A DNA stretch of 64,000 nucleotides, taken from Candidatus Marinacidobacterales bacterium. Its GTDB lineage: Bacteria > Acidobacteriota > Vicinamibacteria > Marinacidobacterales > DATDRI01. Every line of letters starts with the position of its first letter. Positions within the stretch are counted from its first letter, which is position 1. The stretch is taken from NCBI GenBank assembly GCA_965219415.1, contig CBDCNP010000002.1:3936001-4000000 (forward strand), written 5' to 3'. The notes below the pieces were generated by a model. It had not been told where the DNA came from. It made no database searches and saw only the letters and a list, made by a program, of their open reading frames with translations. This document shows, piece by piece, positions 19,367 through 31,815 of the stretch. Position numbers and translations under genes: made by a program.

Positions 19367-20453
19367 TGCCTTGGTGCACAACTCGCGATCTCGGTCCACA
19401 ACTGTCCTGTACTCGCGGATACGAGGTTCCCCATGAGCATTTTCAAACGCACTCAGCGGAAGTATGTGAAGAAGGCCTATCGCGTGAGGAATTGGCGTGA
19501 ATATGAGGCGGGTCTACGCAACCGCGGGAGCCTGACCGTCTGGATCTCGCTCACCGCCGGCAAGCTTGTGAACTGGGACGCGCCCCGGCCAAGGAGGAGG
19601 AAACCGGGCCGTCAACGCAAGTACTCGAACCACGCCATCGAGACGGCTGTCACCCTGGGCATGGTGTTTCATCTGTCATCTAGGCAGAGCGAGGGATTGC
19701 TGCGGTCGTTGTTCGCTCTGATGAAGCTAGACAATGATGTGCCCGATCACACCACGATCTCGAGGCGCAAGCCAAAGCTGGGTAAGGTCCCCTTCTACCA
19801 AGTCAAGCAGAAGACGCCGTTGCACATCTTGATCGACAGCAGCGGTCTCGCTGTCCACGCCGGCCAGCTGCGCAGAGCACAAAAGAGCAGGGACTATCGC
19901 AAGCTCCATCTGTGTGTCGACGAGCAGAGTGGCGAAGTCGTCGCCGGCGAGCTGACGAGCAAAAGAGCCCGCGATTCATCGCGGGTTGCATCGCTTGTCG
20001 GACAGATCGACAGTCCCATCTCATCGGCCAGAGCTGACACCGCATACGACGCCGGCGGCGTCTATGAGGCAATCGAGAATCACAGCGCTCATCGCTCGCC
20101 GAGGGTGCTGATACCGCCGCGCAAGGGCGCCCTGCTCGCATCGGGGCCGGCGAGCAGCCGACAGCGCAATCGCAACATTGCAGCACAAGCTCGGCTCGGC
20201 AAACGAAAGTGGCACACAGAATCGGGCTACAGCAAACGGAGCAAAGTCGAGACAACGTTCCATCGCTACAAGGCTATCGTGGGCTCAGCGATGCGAGCGA
20301 GAGGGTTGGCGGCACAGAGAGGTGAGGCAAGGATCGGGTGCAAGATTCTCAACACCATGACGGCGCTCGGGATGCCTGATAGCGAGATGATCGGATGATG
20401 GGAGTCGGGGCCAAGCGAGCTCTCGGCCTCTATCGGAGTTGTGCACCAAGGCA
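19367..20453 (+). mobile_element. IS5 family (IS903 group) element, copy 1; transposase 19433-20398
   Basis: YRVRNWREYEAGLRNRGSLTVW, PDHTTISRR, IDSSG, ADTAYD, GYSKRSKVET; IR TGCCTTGGTGCACAA; 1087 bp. Confidence 0.93.
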
Positions 20454-21081
20454 GCTCTTGATCGACAAAACAAACCTTTCGATATAGGCGTTCAGATTCG
20501 GAGAACGGTACGGCAGCCGAATGACATCTGTTCCAGCGTGCTCGAGCAAGTGGCGAAACTCCATGGTGAACTTCTGGTCGCACCGCGAATGCGTGTATAC
20601 CCCCACCTCGGATTCGACTTCGCCATCTCCACGACGAGCTCGCTGATCTCCGCCATGACCCGAGGCCGTCCGAGCTGTTTCCGACGCGCGCTGTAGTCCC
20701 ACTTCCGTGCAATGAGCCTTCGGTGCCAAGCCAGCAGCGTTTCCGGAGTGACGATACCGGCAACTTCTGCCAAGAGTTTCCGGCCAAGCGCCTTACCCTT
20801 TACCGCGAGCCGACATCGCTCGTCATCCGTCAGACGAAGCTTCCTCCCGCAAAACCGAGCCTTGAGGACTCTGTTCTCTTCGAGCAAGTAGGCGATAGCC
20901 GCCTGTTGGTCACGCTGGAGCCAACCGGCGATGGCGACTAGCAACAGTGTCAAGGGTTGGATCGGCGTCCTCATGACCGAGGATTCTAGCTTCCATTGGC
21001 GAACCAAGCCTAGGCGCCTCTAATCCGAAACGCCCCGGCGCGCGGGGTCTTGAGTTCGTTTGTATTTTTGGACACGACGGG
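20454..21081 (-). mobile_element. rve-integrase element remnant with left end and internal deletion
   Basis: Left end at 21081; MRTPIQPLTLL...NPRWGYTRIRGA fused to IRLPYRSPNLNAYIERFVLSIKS. Confidence 0.82.
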
Positions 21082-21268
21082 CATAGGTTGCGAGCGAACG
21101 CGATGGCGTCCAGAACAATAGACCGGATATTCGAAAACAGTTCCACGAGCGAGCCTTTCCACGTTCCTAAGACGCCGGTGGCGTCTTAGGGTCGACCGGC
21201 GCGAAGCGGCCGAGCAGGGCAAGTCTAAACCGCATAATCAACGCCGGATCGACTTTTTGCGGAGCACA

Positions 21269-21853
21269 GTCCCAGTGACTCCGAAGAAACTGCGCCCATG
21301 TCGTCCTTCGCCGGCGAAACGGTGCCGGTTCGATACCGTCATCCTTAAAGATCCGCTTCACCGTGTTCGGCGCGACCTTGTGGCCCAGGTTGGCCATAGC
21401 TTCTTGGATTCGAGCGTAGCCCCAAGACGGGCTCGACTTGGCCATGCGCACGACCAACTCCTCGATTTCCAACGAGATAGGCGGACGCCCCGTTTGACGA
21501 CGAGGGTACGTCCATTTCCTCGCGATGAGCTCACGGTGCCATCGGAGGAGCGTATCCGGGGTGACCAGAGTTGCCACTTCCGCGAGGAGTTTCCGTCCAA
21601 GCTCTTTCCCCTTGGCCACAAGCCGTCGACGCTGCTCGTCGCTCAAGCACAACCGCTGACCGAGCTGCGCCTTCAAAACACGGTTCTCCTCCTGCAGATA
21701 CTCAAGGACCTTCTGCTGCTCCTGGTTCAGCCAACCGGCCAGGAGCGAGACCAGGAAGATTTGTGGCGAGACAAATGGGCTCATCGCAAGCATCGTAGCC
21801 GAAGTCACTTACGGCTGCGGAAGATGACCGGCTGAGTTTTTGCACCATAAGGG
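21269..21853 (-). mobile_element. Divergent rve-integrase transposase N-terminal remnant, interrupted by a MITE-2 end at 21218-21268
   Basis: LEYLQEENRVLK...VTPDTLLRWHRELIARKW...WAQFLRSHWD; end ATGGTGCAAAAACTCAGCC. Confidence 0.8.
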
Positions 21854-21858
21854 CTCGG

Positions 21859-24348
21859 TTAATCTCGTTCCCAAGTCCCGTATTCGTTCAAAGCACTCCA
21901 CTCGTCGCCCCGCCGGGAACGTCCCTTGAGATGGGGAGAGAAAGGAACCGTCGAAACGGCTTCGCTGAAACTGTGTGCTGTGAAGTTTCGTGGGTCGCTT
22001 CCATCAATGGTGTAGTAGACCTTTTCCGCTCCTGCCGGGCGCCGGATGGTGATGCTGTCAGAAGCTCGTTCGAACACCGGCGGGTCGATGGTGGGATAGT
22101 AATCATGGTCCCGGAGCGCCCGAATGAACCTTTCGACGTTTCCGTCCATCAAATCTAGAACATAATCCCGCGCCCGCTTCCAATGCACATCCCGCGTGCG
22201 GGGACGATTCTCCCTTCCAGGGTTCGCGTCGCCCCACCGGGCCGACTCACAAAGCATCGCCGACTCCACATAATCCGCTAGCTTTCGGAAATTGGCCTTG
22301 TTTACACTGTCCGCGAGGGGGCCGCCATTGTAGCAGGCACGATAGACGCGATCCGCAAACTCCAGCCGGAACTCTGGGCTGTCCGCCAAGGCCATCCATA
22401 GTTGGTGTAGCACGGACGTTCCGCCCGACACGAAACTTGGCGGAACCCAAGCCCCCGCATGCCCGAAAAAGTCATGCCCGGATTTGTCGAAGAACCCATA
22501 GCTTATCTCCGCATCCCAGCAGAAATACAGTCCGGCACCGGGAGGGTGAATCCGAATCCCTCCGTACCAATTCTGTCGCCCCCAATCCCCTGTGCCGGAA
22601 AACCAATTGAGCAGGATGTAGTCGCTAAACTGAGCTGTATTCAATAGGGTTTCCATCTCCAGGTACTTTGCGGGCTTCGAGAGGTCATGCTTACGCGCAT
22701 AACGGTACATGGTGATATACCAGCGCGGGTGGTTCGGCTTGCCGACTACGCCGGAATGGTTGATAGCAAACCAGTCAGCCGAATCACCACCATAGTACGA
22801 AGCGAGAAAACGCCGATCCGGACGCTCCACCGCGTTGTATACGCCCCAGTAAATCCCGTTCAGGTAGAGATGCACGAAAATGCCGTGCGCTGCCGTACCG
22901 CTCAAAGAAAGCTGTGAGTCCCGAACGTGTTGGTCGCGGACATAAACCGCCAACTCACTGATATCGCTGATATCGCCTCTCGACCAGTTTTCTTGCCTCC
23001 CTGCCCGAAGAACTAGGGTGTTAAACTCTTTCACGGCAGATTCGGCATGGTGCACGGCGCTCTCGAAAAAAGGGTATCTCAACATTCCCGGACCGAAGTC
23101 TTTGCTGAAGACCAGGCGGAACGATCGCTTTTCTTTGGGAAGCGTCCGACTACGCACTCTAATTCCGCAATCGACCTGAAAGCCCTCGAAGTCGGAAAAC
23201 TTGCTGGGATAGAGGAGCTCAACCGAAGTGGGACGGGTTAGTGGATCCTTATCGTCGTCTCCGTTCGTGATCCTGGTCAAGTAGAGCCCTTGGCTCTCAT
23301 TAAAGAGGTGGTCCACGTCCATGACGATGGAGAGGGTGGGAATCGATGTCAGTCCTTCCACGAACTCCCGCTGGTTACTCGTGTTCACGACATCGGGATC
23401 GATCCCAACGTCGAGATCTGTGTACGGAGCCATGTTGAAGGAGCGAAACGGGGCCGGATAATCGAATGGCAGAGTCGCTTGCTCCTTCACCGTGGTCGGA
23501 AATATATAGGTATGGGTGTCAACGTTTGTGCTCGTCGCACCAGGTTTGTACGCCATGGCCCGAAGGACGGTCGTTTTATCCACAAGAACCTTGTTGCCGA
23601 CGATTCCATGACTCACGCTCGGTTTACTACCGTCGGTGGTATAGACGATCGTTGCACCGGGAGTATCGGTGGTGATGATCACTTCGAAAGGGGTCTCATA
23701 GAAGCCGCGGTCGTGGCTGAACTTCGTATCGCCTACTGAGTGCGTCCGGCGGGGTCGGCGATGCCAATCATTGAAGAGCTCGACCGATTGCCCCAACCGG
23801 ACGTTCGCAGGAGCGCTCGCAAGAACCGGATAGCCCCAAACCGGAACGAGCGATTGCTGATGCACCGCGACCGAGGCCTCCAGCACAGGCCGCGCCGTGA
23901 ATATCAGCGAGACCGCTTTCCCCTCCCACGGAGTGAGATCAACCATGCGGTCGTTCCAAAGATTTCCCCCATACGCAGCGAGGGTCTCGCGAAACCCGCG
24001 CCTCCGCTTGCTATCGACTTCGACCTCGATCAGAAACTCAGTCTCGGGCAGACCGGCACTGGGTGTGCCCAATACGGCCATCGAGAACTGGAGCACGGCG
24101 TTCTGCGGTACCTTGAGCGGGGACACCCACGTCGAACCGTCTAACGCCGTTCGGGACTCTCCTTCCAACACCACTTCCCTGGAAGACTGAGAAGGAGCGA
24201 GAAGGGAAACAGAGCGCGTTCTCGGTAAGTCGCTACAAGCCCCTCCGGATGCTAGCAGCATCAGAACAAACGTGCCGGTTCGTCTCCCTATCAAGTGTTG
24301 CGAGCTTATCAAACGCGCGTTTCTAGGTGCAAGCCAAGGGCGTGGCAA
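21859..24348 (-). CDS. CotH kinase family protein with FN3-associated/chitobiase-like repeats (true start may be ~24261)
   Basis: IVYTTDGSKP and YYTIDGSDP repeats; KRSFRL.F; FVHLYLNGIYWGVYNAVERPD; DWGRQNW; WDAE; ESARWGD. Confidence 0.8.
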   Translation of the reverse strand: MPRPWLAPRNARLISSQHLIGRRTGTFVLMLLASGGACSDLPRTRSVSLLAPSQSSREVVLEGESRTALDGSTWVSPLKVPQNAVLQFSMAVLGTPSAGLPETEFLIEVEVDSKRRRGFRETLAAYGGNLWNDRMVDLTPWEGKAVSLIFTARPVLEASVAVHQQSLVPVWGYPVLASAPANVRLGQSVELFNDWHRRPRRTHSVGDTKFSHDRGFYETPFEVIITTDTPGATIVYTTDGSKPSVSHGIVGNKVLVDKTTVLRAMAYKPGATSTNVDTHTYIFPTTVKEQATLPFDYPAPFRSFNMAPYTDLDVGIDPDVVNTSNQREFVEGLTSIPTLSIVMDVDHLFNESQGLYLTRITNGDDDKDPLTRPTSVELLYPSKFSDFEGFQVDCGIRVRSRTLPKEKRSFRLVFSKDFGPGMLRYPFFESAVHHAESAVKEFNTLVLRAGRQENWSRGDISDISELAVYVRDQHVRDSQLSLSGTAAHGIFVHLYLNGIYWGVYNAVERPDRRFLASYYGGDSADWFAINHSGVVGKPNHPRWYITMYRYARKHDLSKPAKYLEMETLLNTAQFSDYILLNWFSGTGDWGRQNWYGGIRIHPPGAGLYFCWDAEISYGFFDKSGHDFFGHAGAWVPPSFVSGGTSVLHQLWMALADSPEFRLEFADRVYRACYNGGPLADSVNKANFRKLADYVESAMLCESARWGDANPGRENRPRTRDVHWKRARDYVLDLMDGNVERFIRALRDHDYYPTIDPPVFERASDSITIRRPAGAEKVYYTIDGSDPRNFTAHSFSEAVSTVPFSPHLKGRSRRGDEWSALNEYGTWERD

Positions 24349-24370
24349 AGCTCAAAAGCGGGCTATTTTG

Positions 24371-25457
24371 TGCCTTGGTGCACAACTCCGATAGAGGCCG
24401 AGAGCTCGCTTGGCCCCGACTCCCATCATCCGATCATCTCGCTATCAGGCATCCCGAGCGCCGTCATGGTGTTGAGAATCTTGCACCCGATCCTTGCCTC
24501 ACCTCTCTGTGCCGCCAACCCTCTCGCTCGCATCGCTGAGCCCACGATAGCCTTGTAGCGATGGAACGTTGTCTCGACTTTGCTCCGTTTGCTGTAGCCC
24601 GATTCTGTGTGCCACTTTCGTTTGCCGAGCCGAGCTTGTGCTGCAATGTTGCGATTGCGCTGTCGGCTGCTCGCCGGCCTCGATGCGAGCAGGGCGCCCT
24701 TGCGCGGCGGTATCAGCACCCTCGGCGAGCGATGAGCGCTGTGATTCTCGATTGCCTCATAGACGCCGCCGGCGTCGTATGCGGTGTCAGCTCTGGCCGA
24801 TGAGATGGGACTGTCGATCTGTCCGACAAGCGATGCAACCCGCGATGAATCGCGGGCTCTTTTGCTCGTCAGCTCGCCGGCGACGACTTCGCCACTCTGC
24901 TCGTCGACACACAGATGGAGCTTGCGATAGTCCCTGCTCTTTTGTGCTCTGCGCAGCTGGCCGGCGTGGACAGCGAGACCGCTGCTGTCGAACAAGATGT
25001 GCAACGGCGTCTTCTGCTTGACTGGGTAGAAGGGGACCTTACCCAGCTTCGGCTTGCGCCTCGAGATCGTGGTGTGATCGGGCACATCATTGTCTAGCTT
25101 CATCAGAGCGAACAACGACCGCAGCAATCCCTCGCTCTGCCTAGATGACAGATGAAACACCATGCCCAGGGTGACAGCCGTCTCGATGGCGTGGTTCGAG
25201 TATTTGCGTTGACGGCCCGGTTTCCTCCTCCTTGGCCGGGGCGCGTCCCAGTTCACAAGCTTGCCGGCGGTGAGCGAGATCCAGACGGTCAGGCTCCCGC
25301 GGTTGCGTAGACCCGCCTCATATTCACGCCAATTCCTCACGCGATAGGCCTTCTTCACATACTTCCGCTGAGTGCGTTTGAAAATGCTCATGGGGAACCT
25401 CGTATCCGCGAGTACAGGACAATTGTGAACCGAGATCGCGAATTGTGCACCAAGGCA
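24371..25457 (-). mobile_element. IS5 (IS903 group) copy 2; transposase 24426-25391
   Basis: Near-identical to copy 1; same IRs. Confidence 0.93.
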
Positions 25458-25487
25458 ACGAATTGCCTGTTTTTCCCTGTTTTTCCC

Positions 25488-26559
<1,072 letters not shown>

Positions 26560-26660
26560 CTAGCCGAGTTTCGCAAGGACACTTCTTGCCACGCCTTTGC
26601 AGCCCTTGACGGCCGCGTTCCCACGGTTTAAGTAGAGGCTCCGGACAGGAGGTATTCGAA

Positions 26661-27393
26661 ATGCGGAAGCTTTGCAAGCATTCTGGTTTTGGTGTTGTCG
26701 ACGGCGGTTGGCGCGATGGCACAGTCCACCGATTCCGAGGTCAAGGCCATCGTGGGAGCCAACGTCGTGGATATTGACGGCGGAGAGCCAGTCCGCGATG
26801 CCGTGGTGGTGATCGTGGGTGAGCGGATTTCGGCTATTGGCCCGGCCTCAAGCACCCCCGTACCAACCGGTGCCGAGGTGATCCACGCTGACGGCATGTG
26901 GCTTGTTCCCGGGCTCATGAACATGCACGTGCACTTTGGCCTCAAACTGCCAGGCAAGATGCAGGCCGAACTGGCCAACGAAAAAGACACCGAACTCGCC
27001 CTCCGAGTGGCCTACAATGCTCGACAGTCGCTACTATCCGGCGTCACGACCATACGAAGTACCGGTGACACGGGTGCCGCATCGATTGCCCTCGATAAGG
27101 CGATCAAGAAGGGCCAGGCTATCGGGCCTCGCATCTTCAGTCCCAGCGACGCCGTTCCCATCTCCGGCGGCCATGGGGCGAGACATGGCGAAACCTACGA
27201 TGGTCCTTATGAGCTCATGAAGGCGGTTCGAGAACGTGTGAGTGATGGGGCTAGCTGGATCAAGATAGCGATCTCCGGAGGCATCGCGAGCCAAGGGGGC
27301 GCCATTGCAGAAGCCACGATGACGCCTGAGGAGATGGAAGCGGTGATCGACTCGGCCCACCGTTTCGGGCGCAAGGTAACTGCGCACTCCGGC
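26661..27393 (+). pseudogene. Amidohydrolase (Xaa-Pro dipeptidase-like), frameshifted after start and 3'-truncated
   Basis: RBS GGAGG plus ATG 26661 out of frame with body; PGLMNMHVH, GVTTIR, WIKI..SGG, KVTAH; ends in a ~40-bp integrase-gene fragment. Confidence 0.82.
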
Positions 27394-27442
27394 TCCCACT
27401 TCCGTGCAATGAGTCTTCGGGTGCCAAATCAGCAGCTCCCCT

Positions 27443-28878
27443 GAAAGTGTGCCAATCTTAGTTGGGAATTGAAACGGCTCCAAACCCCGTGGTTTGATGG
27501 GCGTTGGACAAAACAAAATCAAGCCGCGAAGAAAGGAGCCGAGATGGGAAGTCTGCTACGTTCGGTCAAGAAACGCAAGAAGTCGCGTCGTTTGGGTGAG
27601 GTCGAGATGGTGAGGCACGAGGATTACGGGGAACTCGTGCTGGACGCCAAGGTAGAGATGATCCGTTGGTTGGTCCCCCTTGGTCTAATGCACGTTCACG
27701 AGTTGCTCGACGACGAAGTGAAGGCGTTGGCGGGAGAGCGATACTCTCGCAAGGACGAGCTGGAGCGCGGTCGCCGTCCCGGAAGCAACCCGGGCACGGT
27801 AGGGCTTGGCGGCCAGCGGGTACCGATCCGTGTGCCACGGGTTCGGAGCATCGAGGGAGGAGAGATTCCGCTTCGCTGCTACGAGGCGGTGAGCCACGGC
27901 GGTGAGGTGAATGATCTTCTGCTGAAACGAGTTCTCTACGGAATCTCTTGTCGCAACTACGAGGCGGCAGCGGAAGCGATTCCGGGCGCCATCGGGCTGT
28001 CGAGCTCAACGGTGTCCCGAGGGTTCGTGCAAGCGAGCGCTGCGAAGCTGCGGGAGATGCAGGAACGGGATCTGACCGGCGAGGATGTGGTGGCGCTGTT
28101 TCTGGATGGGAAGACATTCGCCGAGGCAACGATGGTCGTGGCTCTGGGCATCACGCTTTGCGGGGAAAAACGCTTCTTGGGCTTCGTGGAGACGGACACG
28201 GAGAACGCGCAGGTGTTGACGCCGTTCCTGCGTTCACTGCTCGAGCGGGGACTCGATATCTCCCAGGGTCTGCTGGTGATCATCGACGGCGGCAAGGGTC
28301 TCCAAGCGGCAGTCAAGAAGGCATTCCGTAAGCGGGCCCTGATACAACGCTGCCAGTGGCACAAACGTGAAAACGTAGTGAGCTACCTGTCCAAGGGCGA
28401 GCAGGCGTCATGGCGCAAGCGGCTCCAGTGGGCCTACAACAGGCCGGAGTACGAAGAGGCCCTCACTGCGCTCGAGCAACTCCACGGTGAGTTAGAAGAG
28501 CGGAACCAATCCGCAGCTGGCAGCCTGGAGGAAGGCCTCGAGGAGACGCTGACGTTGCATCGACTCGGCGTGCACGCGGTGCTGGGCCGTTCGTTCAAGA
28601 CGACGAACTGCCTTGAGTCCGTCAATGCTCTCGTCGAGGAACGCTGCGCGAAGGTCGACCACTGGAAGAACTCGAGCCAACGCCAGCGCTGGTTGGCAAC
28701 GGCGCTCGTAGACATCGAACCGCGCTTGAGGAAGGTGGTGGGCTACCGCCATCTTCCCAAGTTTCGCGAAGCTCTCAAGCGGGAACTGAAGATCGAGGCG
28801 AAGACATCAACCGTATCGAAGAAGAAGGTCGCTTAAACGTGAGCCGTGGAGAGTTTCAACTAAGAATGGGCTTGACTC
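27443..28878 (+). mobile_element. IS256 family element, complete; transposase 27544-28836
   Basis: [31 protein letters not shown]; imperfect IRs; 8-bp direct repeat GCTCCCCT at 27435-27442 and 28879-28886. Confidence 0.93.
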
Positions 28879-29389
28879 GCTCCCCTCGCTTCGGCGGGGG
28901 AGTTCAGACGCCAGCTCAATTTGACAATACCGTCCGACGGGACGAAAATCGTCCTTACGCTGGAGGCTGGGCATCGAGAATCCGAAGGGTCTTGGTCGTC
29001 GCGGCTGGGCGTTCGATTCGAGAATGGAGGGAGAGTAACGGAGTCATCGAAGGTTGCTGCTGCTTGAGCTTTTTTTACACACCTGTTGACAAGAGGTCTC
29101 CTTCATTAACCCTCCTTCCTAGATCGTTCAGACTGGGAATGTGTCTCTTAAATGGATTCTGTCCGAAGCCCCGCGCGTGCGGGGGAACCGGCTACTCCAA
29201 TGCGAAGGTTCAAATCTCCGGGTTAAGCCCTGCGATTCTTGTCCGTTCATGGACTGCTCCAAAACCTCTTCCGTGTCGGACGACACCTGTTGCCAGCGCG
29301 ACATCACCGAGAGCTTCGAGGTCGCGCGTTCCTCGCTTGGGACGCACTAATGTGGGCGGCATGACTCGAACGGAGACGTCATGCCGACG

Positions 29390-29600
29390 GCACGCGCTTG
29401 CGCTCATGGTGAGGCTTCCTGCGGGGCGCTTACATATGTCCTACGAAGCCCAGGTTCTGTGCTTTCTCACCGGCGCGAACTCCATCTCCACCGGTGAGAA
29501 ACTGTTGACGACGCTCAATCCGTCACGAAGTGATGATGATTCCCTGTTCGATCTGCTTGCCTTTAAGGTCAAGCCAGCTTTCGAGCAACCTTGTGGAAGC
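29390..29600 (+). pseudogene. bioB: Biotin synthase C-terminal remnant
   Basis: [39 protein letters not shown] matches BioB BATS region; radical-SAM part absent; upstream of bioF. Confidence 0.78.
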
Positions 29601-29620
29601 TTCTCGGCCTGGTGTAAGAG

Positions 29621-30757
29621 ATGCCGGACGCTGATTTAGGCATCCTCTTGAGGAGAGCGATCGAGGACAGGAAAGCCGCCAACGCACTGCGGGCTCTGAC
29701 CCTGCCCGGCGACCGCATCGATTTCTGTTCGAACGACTACCTCGGTTTCGCACGTTCCCCTCGGCTTCGCAGCATGGTGCAGAAACGGTATGCCCGTCGC
29801 GGAAACAGCTTCCTGGGTTCCACCGGCTCGCGTCTGATCAGCGGAAATTCAGAACTCTGCGAATCGGTAGAAGAACGGATTGCCGATTTTCACGGGGCCG
29901 AAGCTGGCCTGGTCTTCAACTCCGGCTACGATGCTAACCTTGGCTTGATCTCCTCCGTGCCGCAACGCTCGGATACGGTCCTGTACGACGAGTTCGTGCA
30001 CGCCTCGATCCGTGACGGCCTCCGCTTGACATTTGCCAGGTCTTACTCGTTTCGCCACAACGATCTCAATGACCTGAAGCAAAAGATAGGCCTCGGTCGA
30101 GGGCAAGTCTTCGTCGTCGTCGAGTCGATCTACTCGATGGATGGCGACGCCGCGCCCTTATCGGAAATGGCAAAGCTCTGTCGGGAGCGCGGTTGTCACT
30201 TGATCGTGGACGAGGCGCACGCGACGGGAATCTTCGGCCCCGGTGGGCGCGGCAGAATCGCCGAGCTCGACCTCACGGACCAGGTCTTCGCCCGCGTCCA
30301 TACGTTCGGAAAAGCGTTGGGAAGCCATGGCGCCATCGTCCTCGGTTCCGACACCCTTCGGACGTTCCTCATCAACTTTGCGCGCTCGTTCATCTACACC
30401 ACTTTCTTGCCCCCCCACTGTCTTCTGGCCACAGAGTCTGCTTACGAAATGCTCGGCGAATCCCAGGGGCTCATCGAGAAACTGCACCGCAACATTCGGC
30501 TGTTTCGTTCGGGGATACAGGCGGAGCTCGGCAAGTACTTCATCGAGAGCGATAGTCCCATCCAGTGCGTGCTGATTTCGGGGAACGACCGCGTCAAACA
30601 GGTGGCCGGCTACTTGAAGGGCGAAGGCTTCGACGTGCGACCGATCCTGTCCCCGACGGTGCCACGGGGCAAAGAACGTTTGAGGGTTTGCGTCCATGCC
30701 TTCAACACACCGAACGACATTCAACGCCTGACCGAGTTCCTGAGCACCTGCCTCTAG
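29621..30757 (+). CDS. bioF: 8-amino-7-oxononanoate synthase
   Basis: [58 protein letters not shown]. Confidence 0.92.
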   Translation: MPDADLGILLRRAIEDRKAANALRALTLPGDRIDFCSNDYLGFARSPRLRSMVQKRYARRGNSFLGSTGSRLISGNSELCESVEERIADFHGAEAGLVFNSGYDANLGLISSVPQRSDTVLYDEFVHASIRDGLRLTFARSYSFRHNDLNDLKQKIGLGRGQVFVVVESIYSMDGDAAPLSEMAKLCRERGCHLIVDEAHATGIFGPGGRGRIAELDLTDQVFARVHTFGKALGSHGAIVLGSDTLRTFLINFARSFIYTTFLPPHCLLATESAYEMLGESQGLIEKLHRNIRLFRSGIQAELGKYFIESDSPIQCVLISGNDRVKQVAGYLKGEGFDVRPILSPTVPRGKERLRVCVHAFNTPNDIQRLTEFLSTCL

Positions 30758-30883
30758 GGGTTGTGCTCCGCAAAAAGTCAATCCAGCGTTGATTGCGCGG
30801 TCCAGACCTGCCATGATAAACTGCTTTGCGTCGATCGACCTGACGACGCCACCGGCGTCTTATGAATCATGTGACCGAGGATT

Positions 30884-31137
30884 CTAGGCTGGGAACAGCA
30901 GCAGATTCTCCTCGCCTTGATGATTCCTCTCGTGGTGATGGTAGACGACGTACTCCCTAAGCGCATGACGGAGCGACTTCTCGCCAAACAGGATGAGCTT
31001 CGAGAGACATTCCTCTTTGACTGACTTCACCCAGCGCTTCGCTAACGAGTTCAAATCCGGGCTCCGTGCAGGCAGCTTGACGGGCGCGACGCCAACCGCC
31101 TCGATGGTCCGGTGGAACGACTCGCAAAACTTCGAGT
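30884..31137 (-). mobile_element. rve-integrase C-terminal fragment
   Basis: KLPARSPDLNSLAKRWVKSVKEECLSKLILFGE...HHERNHQG. Confidence 0.8.
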
Positions 31138-31815
31138 CCCGGATCGAAGGGATTGCCTGGAACACCGGCGCCCGTTGGCTCGAGAAGGCAGCCCAAGTGT
31201 GTCGTCGATTCAATCACAGAAGGATCGCCGGCTTCGCTGCCGAAGAGCTTCAAGCCGACGAGATTCGCACGTTCGTGGGCAACAAGAAGACGCCGAGTTG
31301 GGTCTTCGTTACGATCGAGGTCTGGTCTCGGCTCTGGCCATCGACGGTGACGGGAAGGCGAAGCTACCGGAACACTCACGCTCTGTTTCGCGACCTTTCG
31401 AAGCGGATGAATTTCGGACGTCTTCCCCTGATCGTCACGGATGGATTCGAATTCTACCAGAAGGTCATCCGTCGCTTCTTCGGGCCAGCGTGTCTTTACG
31501 GCCAGGTCCTCAAGACGCGCAGGAACGATCGTATCACCAAGGTCGAACGGAGAGCGCTGCACGGAGCCGCGTGGCGATTCGAAGACGCGCTCAATAACTC
31601 CGAGGACTCCTCGACATTGAACACGTCGTTCATCGAGCGGTTGAATCTGACCATCCGGCAAAGCTCGGCATACCTTTCGAGACGAACACTTTCCCACGCT
31701 CGCTCGACGGAGAGGCTCGATGAGCACATGGAGTTGCTCCGTTGCTATTACAACTTCGTCCGACCGCACGGAGCTCTGAAGTTCGGACGTGAGATCCGAA
31801 CTCCGGCTATGCAGG
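31138..31815 (+). mobile_element. IS1 transposase internal fragment
   Basis: Near-identical to the 9500-10190 region; cut by IS5 copy 3. Confidence 0.85.

Noticed and set aside
21166-21190. Hairpin CCTAAGACGCC-GGT-GGCGTCTTAGG as a terminator
   Set aside because: No U-tract and no intact gene upstream; lies in IS debris
29205-29222. GGTTCAAATC T-loop-like motif
   Set aside because: No cloverleaf; lies inside the CRISPR-repeat-like interval
28839-29639. 266-aa ORF
   Set aside because: Only the last ~70 codons are BioB-like; the rest is IS end and intergenic read-through
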